Under the pieces are notes generated by a model. That model was not told where the DNA came from, searched no databases, and saw only the letters and a program-made list of their open reading frames with translations. From Candidatus Latescibacterota bacterium (lineage in GTDB: Bacteria > Latescibacterota > CBDEFO01): DNA of 64,000 nucleotides. Below, piece after piece: positions 49,472 through 60,623 of this stretch. Position 1 is the first letter of the stretch. Each line of letters opens with the position of its first letter. A program made the position numbers and the translations under genes. The DNA is taken from NCBI GenBank assembly GCA_965248755.1, contig OZ252149.1, positions 2,176,001-2,240,000 of the forward strand, read 5' to 3'.

Positions 49472-49512
49472 ATTATACGGGATACGGGGAGGAGAGGCGG
49501 TGCCCCTGTTTA

Positions 49513-50199
49513 CTACCTACTGTCTGCTAAATTTGTCTCCTCCAAGATCTTCAACGTCTCCTTGCAGATTATGTCTTTGCCCGCCAAGACCAGCCCTGTT
49601 AAATGTGTCTTTAAGAACTCCAATTCATCAGGCGTGTCCACGTCATACCATGGCGGCAGAAGATGGAGGCTCTTCCCCTCTGTCCGGATTGTTGTCAGCG
49701 TTTCATTTAGAACTTTATCCGTTCCCAACTCTATGTCCGTAAACATCTGCGGGAACTCCTCTTTTAGCCCGACAAGATAGTATCCGCCATCTGTGCAGGG
49801 ACCTAACACAACAGAGTTATCATCAAGCGCTTCAAAGGATAAATTTATATAATCGGCAGGAAGATCTGGGCTGTCCGACCCGATTATGACGGCCTTCGAT
49901 CCTCCCTTTTCAAATACCCATTTGAACGCTTCGATCAGTCTTTCGCCTAAACTATTCCCATATTGAGGCCGAAAGCTGAATGCGCCTTTTATGATAGATT
50001 TTATCGTCGCCTGGGCATGCGCGGGGGAATAAGCTATCACCTTATGGTCACATCTTGTGGACTCAAAAAGATTTGGTAGATCAAGAAGGAAAGCTCTGTA
50101 CAGCTTTGCGGCATTGTGAGGGTCCAAAAGCGGGGTAAGTCGGGTCTTGACCTGCCCGGGAACAGGTTCTTTGACAAAGGCGATAAGAGTTGAACTTAT
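49513..50199 (-). CDS. TIGR04282/DUF2064 family glycosyltransferase-like protein, apparent ATA start
   Basis: LIAFVKEPVPGQVKTRL upstream of the called ORF, Q.G..LGERL, IIGSD.P, VLGP..DGGYYL.G, DVDT. Confidence 0.85.
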   Translation of the reverse strand: MSSTLIAFVKEPVPGQVKTRLTPLLDPHNAAKLYRAFLLDLPNLFESTRCDHKVIAYSPAHAQATIKSIIKGAFSFRPQYGNSLGERLIEAFKWVFEKGGSKAVIIGSDSPDLPADYINLSFEALDDNSVVLGPCTDGGYYLVGLKEEFPQMFTDIELGTDKVLNETLTTIRTEGKSLHLLPPWYDVDTPDELEFLKTHLTGLVLAGKDIICKETLKILEETNLADSR

Positions 50200-51104
50200 A
50201 GCTTTTCACCTCTTTTCGTCTCTACGATCTTTCTTATGCTTATGCTATCCCCTCTTTTGACCCCGATCTTTTGGGCCAAATTCCCCCTGTTGATCGCCAC
50301 CTCAAAGGCACCTGTACTTCCGATCAGACAAAGATATTCTCCTTTAGTGACATCTGCGTAAGCCTTCACGTATTTGGCTCTTATTTCTACATCTTTGATC
50401 TTAAGTATTATAAGGTCACCTCTTCCAATTTCGATCTTTCTTAGCAGTTCCTCCTGCACGTTTGTAATCACGTTTCCGTATTTGTCTATCGTTACTGCGT
50501 TGCCTATGATCATATCCTTCTGCACTACAGGAGAACGATCTTTCAGTCTGACATAATCTTTAAGCACAGGCCCCACACGCTCTATAGGGAATCCCGAAGC
50601 CAGATGAGCGGCGCAGGTCCCGAAGATGTCTTTCCCGTGAAATGTGCTGGATAGTCTGCCTTTGCGCATTACGTGGGGGTTGGAGATTTCGTATATGACA
50701 TCGAGTCCCAAGCTATCCATCACCACACTGAAGAGACCGTTGTCAGGCCCTACAAAGAACTTTCCATCTTTGGTCTTTAAGGCCACAGGCTTCCTTTCGG
50801 TTCCCACACCCGGATCCACTACGGCGACGAAGACTGTTCCCTTTGGGAACTCGGCTGCGGCTTTCTGGAGGGTGTAAGCTCCTTCGGCGATCTCGAAGGA
50901 GGAGACGTTGTGCGAGATATCGTCTATCCTCACCTCGGGGTAGATCGAGTATATGACTCCCTTGACGGCTCCGACGTAGAAATCTTTCGTCCCGAAGTCT
51001 GTTATTAAAATGACGAGTCCGTTTGTCTCTTTGCTATGGAGAATATCGGCGCATAGGATGAACGTCAAGGTTGTTATCACAAATGTCTTGGCCAAATTTT
51101 TCAT
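50196..51104 (-). CDS. SAM hydroxide adenosyltransferase/chlorinase (DUF62) family protein with N-terminal hydrophobic leader
   Basis: ITDFG..D.YVG.VKG, VVDPGVGT.R, VGPDNG, STFHG.D.F, D.YGN..TN, E.A.N.G. Confidence 0.9.
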   Translation of the reverse strand: MKNLAKTFVITTLTFILCADILHSKETNGLVILITDFGTKDFYVGAVKGVIYSIYPEVRIDDISHNVSSFEIAEGAYTLQKAAAEFPKGTVFVAVVDPGVGTERKPVALKTKDGKFFVGPDNGLFSVVMDSLGLDVIYEISNPHVMRKGRLSSTFHGKDIFGTCAAHLASGFPIERVGPVLKDYVRLKDRSPVVQKDMIIGNAVTIDKYGNVITNVQEELLRKIEIGRGDLIILKIKDVEIRAKYVKAYADVTKGEYLCLIGSTGAFEVAINRGNLAQKIGVKRGDSISIRKIVETKRGEKL

Positions 51105-51120
51105 CAGTTCAATCTGTAGG

Positions 51121-52446
51121 TTATCTTACTTTTACAGCCTTTTGCACTTTCTTTTCAAAGTGTTTGTAGGAGGAGTAGGTAGAGCGAGCTCCGATCTCCA
51201 CGGTGTATTCTCCCGGAGGTGCGGGATTTCCACCCTCGTCTTTTAGATCCCAGATAAAGGTGCGTCCAAGAATTTCCACTATGCTTTTGGCTGCGAGCCT
51301 TCTTACTTGATCCTCGCCGCTAAATATATTCACATCTACAAATGATCTCTCAGTGGGAACGAGGGATATCTTGACTTCGCCCGGAGCTTCGGTTTCCAAA
51401 AAGCTCACATCAATGCTCTTGAAGTCTGTGCCGATCCAGTAATAGCTGACTCCATCTGGGTCCACGACGAAGACTTGTCCCAACTGGCGAGAGATAGCAA
51501 TTCCCCTGGGCGAGATGAGTTTTCCGTCGTTCGTCCTCCTGCTGAAGGAGGTTATATAGTTCAGGTCTCTATCGAACTTGTGGACGCAACTGCTTGTCTG
51601 GTCTGTTGCATATACGTTGTCGTAATAGTCCAGCGCCAGATAGAGGAGCTTTCCACCACTAAAACCGATATTTTCAAGATCGATCTGGGACAGGATATTC
51701 CCGCTCCAGTCCAATTTCATAATGCCCTTCCCATCTTTGACTATAACGTATATTGCTTTTTGTTTTCTGTAAGACCATTTTTCTTCTGGATCGTTGACTG
51801 CTATTCCCAAGGGGTGAAGGACATTCTCTATTGTTCTTTTGAATTTATAGTCCGAATCGAATACTTGAATTACGCTCTTTTTGTAGTCTGTGACGAACAT
51901 TTCTCCGTCTCCCACCGCAACGTCTTTGGGGCTGTCGAATCCACCCGCAGCGGACGTTCCGCCTGGATCTATGTTCGCTATGAACTTTAATTTTCCCCCT
52001 GAATTTAAAAGGTGGACGACCCTGTGGTTGCCGGTATCGGCCACATATACGTTGCCCTTTCTATCAGCGGCGATTCCGGAGGGATTCAGAAACTGTCCGT
52101 CGTTCCTTCCTTTTTCTCCGAATACGTCTAAAGTCCATATAGATGTGCTGTAGATAATATTTCCTTTGCCAGAGTTCACTCCATAAACCGTAACTTCGTC
52201 GTCGTCCTTCTCTGTAGAAGGATCGTCCAAAGCTTCGAGTTTCACAGCGGCTATACCCTCCGGGTTGTCAATCGCCGCCTCACTTCCCGCCAGAAGGATA
52301 AGCATGGCTTGGTTGACTCTGTTGATGCCCAGGGTATGTTTGAAGGGAGGATTAACCAATGTGGTGGAGATTTCAAGCTTTCCCGATTCGGGGCAGCATA
52401 GCCCCCAGGAGACCAGTACAAGCACCATAGACCCTAACAAGCTCAT
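51121..52446 (-). CDS. Secreted NHL-repeat protein with FlgD-type C-terminal domain
   Basis: GQF.NP.GIA.D..GNVYVADTGNHRV, P.GIA repeats; WD.KD..G...PPG.Y. Confidence 0.82.
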   Translation of the reverse strand: MSLLGSMVLVLVSWGLCCPESGKLEISTTLVNPPFKHTLGINRVNQAMLILLAGSEAAIDNPEGIAAVKLEALDDPSTEKDDDEVTVYGVNSGKGNIIYSTSIWTLDVFGEKGRNDGQFLNPSGIAADRKGNVYVADTGNHRVVHLLNSGGKLKFIANIDPGGTSAAGGFDSPKDVAVGDGEMFVTDYKKSVIQVFDSDYKFKRTIENVLHPLGIAVNDPEEKWSYRKQKAIYVIVKDGKGIMKLDWSGNILSQIDLENIGFSGGKLLYLALDYYDNVYATDQTSSCVHKFDRDLNYITSFSRRTNDGKLISPRGIAISRQLGQVFVVDPDGVSYYWIGTDFKSIDVSFLETEAPGEVKISLVPTERSFVDVNIFSGEDQVRRLAAKSIVEILGRTFIWDLKDEGGNPAPPGEYTVEIGARSTYSSYKHFEKKVQKAVKVR

Positions 52447-54227
52447 AGATTCTCCCTTATCACCGCCATCTTACGTCTTTCTATTATGCCCTCTGCGTCC
52501 AGTTGATATATGTAGAATCCCGATCCCACAAGTTCCTCGTTCTGGTTTGTTCCGTCCCAACGGAATTTGTCCCGAGAGTCGGAATTTTCCAGCCTTATCG
52601 TTTTGACGAGTTCCCCTGAAAATGTGAATATGGATATCTGCGCACTATGTCTTTGGGATTCGTCGAGGTTGACGGGGATGGTGGATTTCTTCGTCCCGTC
52701 AGAAAAGAAAGGAGAAGGGTAGCTCTGCCCTAAAATGGGGCCGGAGATTTCTACTGCTATAGAGTCCAAAAGAACTTCATATGAGTAAGAAAAAGGTCCG
52801 CCCGTTGTAGCTGTAGCTGTGGATACCAGAGCGACCTGTTCGTAAGATCCCCATCCTGTCACTGTCCCCACTCTCTCGGTGAGGTCTAATACCTGGACTT
52901 CAGTTTGTTCGTTAAGCAGGATTACCTTATGTTTCCATTTTGCGCTCTGATCCCCCTGGAAAGAGATTGATGCAGAACCAGATCCCCTTCTGGGTAGAAT
53001 AATGACGTAATCGGATCCCAGTCTTCGGGAGGATCTGGAATCTGCCGCCACTTTTTTGCTCAATTCTATTACTATATCGTCCGCGGGCACCTCCGGATAG
53101 AATGCTCCTTCGGAATAGAACAGGTCGGGCTTTGCCCTTGAACCGGTGAAGAAGTTCCATACGGCAAATTCTGAGAGGGCGTTTTCCAGACCTCCAGGAA
53201 TTGACCTCTCAAAAGCTGAAAAGGACATCCTACGGGCTTCAGCGAGCTCCTCCCAGGTCCTCCTGACAGAGTCTTCGCCGCCTTCTTCCCTTTCGACCAG
53301 ATAGTGGCAGAATAACGATGCTCCGTTGGGATGTATATCTGCAGGGCCTCTTGCTCTGTCGAGCGGATCGTTTGGAGAATTCAAGAAGGAGTTGAGATAC
53401 TGAAAGTAGTCGTTTATCTCGTCGTAGACAAAGTCCTCCATCCACGTGGCAGTCGCCTCTTGCCACCAGGCAGCGTCCCTGCCGTCGTAGTAAGCAAATT
53501 GAATTGCGTGAAAGAATTCGTGGGCGGCTGTCACTTTGAGTGCATCAATACCCCTTGTCTGTCTGTAGATGCTGTCTGTATAGTTGTTATCTATTTCCAT
53601 ATAGCTGGTAGACGTATTGCCGCGAGAACTCTCGGGATAGGTAAATCCGTAGAAAGCTCCTCTCGAGGTCATCTCGATTATATATACATCGTATTGATCT
53701 CCTCCGCCTTCTCCTCCATCCAAGAGCGGCTCCCTGTAACCCAGATAGTCTATATCTGCCGACCAAGCGCTGTCGAAAGCCGCTGCCGCCTCCTCTACGT
53801 AGTCGGGTACGCGGTTTATGTTCCTGTCTCTTGGGTCTACAGCTCCTGTCCCTGTGGTGTTGTAATGGATGCGAAAATTTCCCGTTGGGCTGTCGTAGGA
53901 TTTTTCAAGAAGGGGCCTTTGAAAATAAGAAGTGACCTCTATTTGGAGGGGTTTGCTCAATCTCCACAGTTCGGAATGGATCTCCAGGATATGAGGAGTT
54001 CCGCAGGTGGGGAGGTCGCCTCCTGGCTGGTAATCGGGAGGGAGTTTCGACCTGTCGAATATAAAGTAGGCTTTATATTCCAGCGCGGCTTCGTAATCTA
54101 TGTCTCCATTTTGAAAGTCCTCTTCTATCCTGAGGTATCCGCTCGTACCAGCCCCGGCTGAGGTTTCTCCCAGGAGAATAAGAAAGGTCAATAGGCTGAA
54201 GATCTGCGTCTTTATTTTGAGATTCAA
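52443..54227 (-). CDS. Secreted zinc metalloprotease (MXAN_6640-like) with FlgD-type C-terminal domain
   Basis: F.IHY..TG..AV, YDVYI, IDN.Y, TAAHEFFHAIQFAY, W..EATATWMED; YPSPF...WDG.N....VGSG.Y; TTG start after AGGAG. Confidence 0.82.
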   Translation of the reverse strand: MNLKIKTQIFSLLTFLILLGETSAGAGTSGYLRIEEDFQNGDIDYEAALEYKAYFIFDRSKLPPDYQPGGDLPTCGTPHILEIHSELWRLSKPLQIEVTSYFQRPLLEKSYDSPTGNFRIHYNTTGTGAVDPRDRNINRVPDYVEEAAAAFDSAWSADIDYLGYREPLLDGGEGGGDQYDVYIIEMTSRGAFYGFTYPESSRGNTSTSYMEIDNNYTDSIYRQTRGIDALKVTAAHEFFHAIQFAYYDGRDAAWWQEATATWMEDFVYDEINDYFQYLNSFLNSPNDPLDRARGPADIHPNGASLFCHYLVEREEGGEDSVRRTWEELAEARRMSFSAFERSIPGGLENALSEFAVWNFFTGSRAKPDLFYSEGAFYPEVPADDIVIELSKKVAADSRSSRRLGSDYVIILPRRGSGSASISFQGDQSAKWKHKVILLNEQTEVQVLDLTERVGTVTGWGSYEQVALVSTATATTGGPFSYSYEVLLDSIAVEISGPILGQSYPSPFFSDGTKKSTIPVNLDESQRHSAQISIFTFSGELVKTIRLENSDSRDKFRWDGTNQNEELVGSGFYIYQLDAEGIIERRKMAVIRENL

Positions 54228-54228
54228 G

Positions 54229-55512
54229 CTATTCTCCTCTGCCCGGATCCACTGCCACGTCGACAAGATTGAAAAACTGTCCCCCAAGCGAGCTTAGAAT
54301 TTCTCCGTCGGAAGAGATCTTCCACAGTCTGATTCTGGATATGACCCAGCAACTTCCATCTGTATCGTTTACAGCAAGGGCTAAGGCACTTGAAAAGCCC
54401 TCAACAGCTATATTTAAATCTCCGTCTCCATCAAATTTATAGATTGCCGTCCCTACGATTGCCCAGACTTCTCCTGTGGATGCGACGACATCTATAGCTT
54501 TTACTGCATCCAGAGTGTCTGTGACGGCTAAAACGGAATCTCCTTCTGAACTGAGTCTGTCTATCCGAAAGCCGTTCACAACGACCCAGCAGTCGCCCGA
54601 ACGCTCATCGGAGGCGACATCTGATGGGGAATCGATGTCCGGGAAGATAACTGGATTTGCGCCAGACACCGGGTATTTGATGACGCGACCGGCTGCCCGA
54701 TCTGAGATCCAGCACAGTCCTTCCAGAGGCGAAAGATCAGTTGGATCGTCGAAGTTGGCGTCCACGATGTTAAAGGTTATATTATCCAAAGGGCTACCCT
54801 GTCGGAACTGGTGAAGTTCCACCCAGATCACCTTTCTCTCCCCCGAGCTTATGATCCAGCACAGGTCGCCCTGGGAGTCTATCCGGATGTCTGATGGGAG
54901 TCTCACGCCTTCAAAGCGTGCCCCAAGTTTTCCCTGGGACGTGATTTGACGGATATCACCTGCGAATCTATCCGCCACCCAGCAGCTATGGTCGGTGCGG
55001 TCTACAGAAAGAGACACGGGCTCCCTCAAGTCCGATACCTCAAGGATTATGTCCCTTCCATCGGGGCTTATCTTATAGACCCTCCCGGCGGATCTGTCGG
55101 CTATCCAGCCGACCTCGGGCCCCGGAGTGGCCTCCTCTTCGACAGATATCGAACTTTCTCCAGACCCTTCTACTAAGACGCTTATACTGTATAGATAAGT
55201 TTCACTATTTACGACATCTTCGTCAGTAAAGGAAACAGACTCTCTTGAAAACGGCTTCGGAGTAATCTTTTGCGAGTTGCTTTCGCCTTCTTTTCTGCGG
55301 TATATGTTGTAGCCCGTTATATCAAAAAAAGAGGAAAAGTCCCAGCTTAAATCCACCTTCCTATCCCCGGCTACGACTCTGAGTCCCGTGGGGCGACCCT
55401 CTGTAGCCGGATTTTGGGGATCAAATGGGTTCGACCTATCTCTGTCAGAGCAGTATAAAAGAGGAAGGGCAAGAAAGACATACAAGAGTTTGGGAGTACG
55501 AGCGCGGGTCAC
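54229..55512 (-). CDS. Lipoprotein with FN3 domain and beta-propeller repeats
   Basis: LLYCS..R.NP.DP, V.LSW..GYNIYR..Y.Y.I, repeated P....D...G.CW. Confidence 0.78.
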   Translation of the reverse strand: MTRARTPKLLYVFLALPLLYCSDRDRSNPFDPQNPATEGRPTGLRVVAGDRKVDLSWDFSSFFDITGYNIYRRKEGESNSQKITPKPFSRESVSFTDEDVVNSETYLYSISVLVEGSGESSISVEEEATPGPEVGWIADRSAGRVYKISPDGRDIILEVSDLREPVSLSVDRTDHSCWVADRFAGDIRQITSQGKLGARFEGVRLPSDIRIDSQGDLCWIISSGERKVIWVELHQFRQGSPLDNITFNIVDANFDDPTDLSPLEGLCWISDRAAGRVIKYPVSGANPVIFPDIDSPSDVASDERSGDCWVVVNGFRIDRLSSEGDSVLAVTDTLDAVKAIDVVASTGEVWAIVGTAIYKFDGDGDLNIAVEGFSSALALAVNDTDGSCWVISRIRLWKISSDGEILSSLGGQFFNLVDVAVDPGRGE

Positions 55513-55735
55513 TTTGTAGATACGGGGACAGTTTATTCGGATTGTGACATCCGGAGTATCTTCTCATCTGTTTCTTCGTACGGCTTGTAGATAAAAAGGC
55601 GACCCAACCTACCAGGTATCAAGGATTTACTATTGTCGAAGTTCCATAATCGCAATCATGGAAGACTTCAATTACAATTATGGAGAACTTCCATTTTGGA
55701 TACCCTTTGTAGATTCAGGGTCGCCTTCAAGAGCA

Positions 55736-55764
55736 AATATACTCATATCACTGTTTACAGGCAA
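55736..55764 (-). promoter_or_regulatory. Candidate promoter of the 55512-49513 operon
   Basis: TTGCCT-N17-TATATT on minus strand. Confidence 0.5.
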
Positions 55765-55876
55765 GCAATTTCTACGCTTGGATTGCAATTAAACCTGCTT
55801 TTGTGTGGAACACAGCACTTTTGAAGTGGAGTATGCTGTCTCGAAGAGGGAAAGTCTCTACGACTCCAAATTTTAC

Positions 55877-55905
55877 TTGACAAGTCTATGTACATTATAT
55901 ATATT
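55877..55905 (+). promoter_or_regulatory. ilv operon promoter
   Basis: TTGACA-N17-TATATT. Confidence 0.7.
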
Positions 55906-55964
55906 TCAGTTGTGAGAGGATCCCCCAAATAATAGCGACTTCTACAAATTACGGGTAACGGGTA

Positions 55965-56153
55965 ATGTTTACCGACAATACTGCTGCTAATTCTGAATGT
56001 GTCTCTTTCAACATAGCCTCTGCCTGTGGTGCAGGCATGTTATTGGCTATTACAAACGTCGTACCGTCCATAGTCGCTGTACGTATCCTTCCTGTTTCGA
56101 TAGGCCTCGTAATTGTACTTCTACTAATTGGCAAAAAAGAGGCCCTGCCCTAA
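55965..56153 (+). CDS. Candidate ilv leader peptide (alternative start 56037)
   Basis: Ends ...IVAVRILPVSIGLVIVLLLIGKKEALP*, Ile/Leu/Val rich, directly upstream of ilvB and followed by alternative hairpins. Confidence 0.6.
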   Translation: MFTDNTAANSECVSFNIASACGAGMLLAITNVVPSIVAVRILPVSIGLVIVLLLIGKKEALP

Positions 56154-56310
56154 GTCTTAATTTCCCCTTTGAAAACAAAATACTGACTTAAGGACTTGAG
56201 CCTCTGAAAGGAATTCAAAGGTAAGTGGCATTCTTATATTTATTTCTGGAAAAAAGACTTTTAAGAAACTTGATTAAAGAACCCAATAAACAACAAAGAG
56301 GTGATGAATT

Positions 56311-58029
56311 ATGGAGATGACAGGCTCTCAGATACTCATAGAATCCCTCAAAAGAGAGGGTGTGGAGGTTATATTCGGCATTCCCGGCGGTGTGGTCATT
56401 CCCGTCTTCGACGACCTTTACAAACAGGATGATATCAAGGTCGTACTGACAAGGCACGAACAGGGCGCGGCTCACGCGGCAGATGGATACGGGAGGGCTA
56501 CTGGCAAGCCAGGAGTCTGTTTGGTAACTTCGGGGCCTGCTGCTACAAATACCGTGACGGGACTGGCTACGTCCCAGATGGACTCTTCACCTATGGTGGT
56601 CATTACGGGTCAGGTACCCACCTTTGCGATAGGCAGCGATGCGTTTCAGGAGGCTGACACGACGGGGGTGGCCAGACCTGTTTCAAAACACGTCTTTCTT
56701 ATTAAAGATTTTAAAGATGTAGCAAGAGTAGTGAGGGAGGCTTTCCATATCGCTGCGACAGGCAGACCCGGTCCTGTCCTGATAGATATTCCCAAAGACG
56801 TATTAATGGCAAAGACGGAGTTTGTGTGGCCAGAAAAGATAAACATAAGGGGCTACAAGCCCACCACACAGGGTCATTCCAGACAGATAGAAAAAGCGGC
56901 CCAGATGATAATGGAGGCAAGCGCCTGTTACCTTTACGTGGGCGGCGGGATAATCGCCTCGGATGCGGCAGATGAAGTGCGCCAATTAGCAGAGAAGATA
57001 AACGCTCCTGTAACCACTACTCTGATGGGATTAGGGGCTTTCCCGGGAGATCATTCTCTCTTTGTGGGGATGCCCGGGATGCACGGGACAAGGTGTGCCA
57101 ATATGTCCTTCCAGGAGTGCGAGCTTATCATATCTGTGGGAGTCAGGTTCGACGACAGGGTTACGGGCAAGTTGGACGCCTTCGCCCCGCAGGCTAAGGT
57201 CATACACATAGACATAGACCCTGCCGCGATAAGTAAGAACGTTAAGGTGGATATACCTGTTGTCGGAGACGCCAAGAAGATATTGAGGGAACTTAATAAG
57301 CTATTGAAGCCCAAGGAAAGAAACGGGTGGAACGATAAGATAGATGCCTGGAAGTCGGAGTTCCCGCTGATATATGATCAAAGCGACGAGGTCATAAAGC
57401 CGCAATACGTCATAGACCAGATGGATGACCTCTGCGATAAAGATAAAACCATAGTAATCACCGATGTGGGACAGCATCAAATGTGGACGGCTCAGTATTA
57501 TAAGTTCACAAAGTGCAGGACGCACATAACTTCTGGTGGTCTGGGGACAATGGGCTTCGGACTTCCAGCCTGTATGGGGGCATACTACGCAAAGCCCGAC
57601 CATACTATTATTAATCTTTCGGGCGACGGTAGTTTCGTTATGAACTCGCAGGAACTTGCAACTATATCCGAAAACAGGATGCCGATTAAGGCATTCATCA
57701 TCAATAACCTGTATTTGGGCATGGTCAGACAGTGGCAGGAGTTGTTCTTCGATAACAGGTATTCGGCCACGTATTTAGGAGTGTCTCCCGACTTTGTGAA
57801 GCTGGCAGAAGCCTACGGCATACCGGGTATAAGAGCCACAAAGCCGAGCGAGGTTAGACCCCTAATCCAACAGGCCCTCTCTATGGACGGTCCCGTGGTC
57901 GTTGACTTCATCGTGGATCAGATGGAAAATGTCTATCCCATGGTCCCTGCGGGAGCGGCGATACATGAGATGGTCGGTGGATTGGTCACAAAGGACAAGT
58001 TAGATCACATGGTGGACGGAATGGCGTAA
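56311..58029 (+). CDS. ilvB: Acetolactate synthase large subunit
   Basis: RHEQGA.HAADGY, TSGP, GRPGPVLID.PKD, RFDDRVTG, DVGQHQMW, GDGS, GMVRQWQ. Confidence 0.97.
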   Translation: MEMTGSQILIESLKREGVEVIFGIPGGVVIPVFDDLYKQDDIKVVLTRHEQGAAHAADGYGRATGKPGVCLVTSGPAATNTVTGLATSQMDSSPMVVITGQVPTFAIGSDAFQEADTTGVARPVSKHVFLIKDFKDVARVVREAFHIAATGRPGPVLIDIPKDVLMAKTEFVWPEKINIRGYKPTTQGHSRQIEKAAQMIMEASACYLYVGGGIIASDAADEVRQLAEKINAPVTTTLMGLGAFPGDHSLFVGMPGMHGTRCANMSFQECELIISVGVRFDDRVTGKLDAFAPQAKVIHIDIDPAAISKNVKVDIPVVGDAKKILRELNKLLKPKERNGWNDKIDAWKSEFPLIYDQSDEVIKPQYVIDQMDDLCDKDKTIVITDVGQHQMWTAQYYKFTKCRTHITSGGLGTMGFGLPACMGAYYAKPDHTIINLSGDGSFVMNSQELATISENRMPIKAFIINNLYLGMVRQWQELFFDNRYSATYLGVSPDFVKLAEAYGIPGIRATKPSEVRPLIQQALSMDGPVVVDFIVDQMENVYPMVPAGAAIHEMVGGLVTKDKLDHMVDGMA

Positions 58030-58068
58030 AAGCAGTAGACAGCAAACAGTAGACAGGGGACGTAAACC

Positions 58069-58120
58069 GTCATTGCGAGTCCCGGATTGACTCTATCGGG
58101 GGGCGGGGGGAAGCAATCTC
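58069..58120 (+). repeat. REP-like element carrying a variant of the short palindrome
   Basis: GTCATTGCGAG-TCCCGGATTGACTCTATCGGGG...AAGCAATCTC. Confidence 0.75.
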
Positions 58121-58175
58121 GCTTAGACTGCGTCGCCTACTTGTTGCCATGTACTATTTTAAGTGAGAGTTATCC

Positions 58176-59697
<1,522 letters not shown>

Positions 59698-59817
59698 ATA
59701 GTATGGGAGATGGGGCGGTGCCTCTTCGCCGCCCTTAATTTCCTAATGGAATTCGTCTTTTAGGACTTGTCTGGAGAATCTGTAGTTAGGAGAAATTGTC
59801 TTAAGGGGGATTAAAGA

Positions 59818-60609
59818 ATGGAAGTCAAAGGCTATTCAGAAAGAGGAGTGCTTAATTCACTGTTCTATGAGATAAAGTATTCCGAGAATAGCTTGGGGTG
59901 TCTTAATGAATTTCTGTCCACAGTTTCTTTTCCATTTACTAACATCGATTTCAGGCTGAAGGATGCCAATATATTAATTGAACAATCATTCTCTGATTTC
60001 GGTGATGCTGATTGTGTATTAGCCATAAACAATAACCAAAGTAAGCAGTCTGTGTTTATTGAAGCAAAGGTAAAGACCTTTCAGCCTCAATGTTGGTCTA
60101 CTGAAGGAGAGTTTGAGCGTTTTAAAGAAGGAATCGAACAAAATAAAGTTGGTTCCTCTAAAAACAAAATAAGGTCTAATCTATTCACTCAACTTTACCG
60201 CAAAGTTCGACTAATTAAGGCATTACAAAAACAAAATGACGGGATAAACTCGCTTAAAAAAGGGATAGAATTCGCCAACTGTATTTCAAAGACGTGCAGT
60301 AAGATTGGGAATAATGAAGTGGTTTTGAAAGCGGTAGAAATCCTAAAGGACCACTGTGAAGATGCGTTTTTTATTGCATTGGTTCCAGATGATGTTTCAA
60401 ATCTCGAACAATTTTACGAGAACACTTTAAAGCATTTTGGTCCGAATGAATTTCAAGAGTGGGATGTCAGGAATTGGGGATACATTTCATGGGCAGAAGT
60501 TGAAGATTTCTGCAAAAAACATGATTTAAGAGAGACACAAAAAGTTTTCGAGTTTAATGGAGAACAGATTTATAGAAAAGATAAGGCGGCATCAAATGAC
60601 ACCTTTTAA
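59818..60609 (+). CDS. Putative PD-(D/E)XK nuclease-like protein
   Basis: EQSFSDFGDADCVL...VFIEAK...QL, C-terminal ISW; AT-rich relative to flanks. Confidence 0.6.
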   Translation: MEVKGYSERGVLNSLFYEIKYSENSLGCLNEFLSTVSFPFTNIDFRLKDANILIEQSFSDFGDADCVLAINNNQSKQSVFIEAKVKTFQPQCWSTEGEFERFKEGIEQNKVGSSKNKIRSNLFTQLYRKVRLIKALQKQNDGINSLKKGIEFANCISKTCSKIGNNEVVLKAVEILKDHCEDAFFIALVPDDVSNLEQFYENTLKHFGPNEFQEWDVRNWGYISWAEVEDFCKKHDLRETQKVFEFNGEQIYRKDKAASNDTF

Positions 60610-60623
60610 AAGACCGAAAGTTC

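Noticed and set aside
8868..58101. Dispersed palindromes as a possible CRISPR array
   Set aside because: Copies are kilobases apart, with no regular spacers and no cas genes
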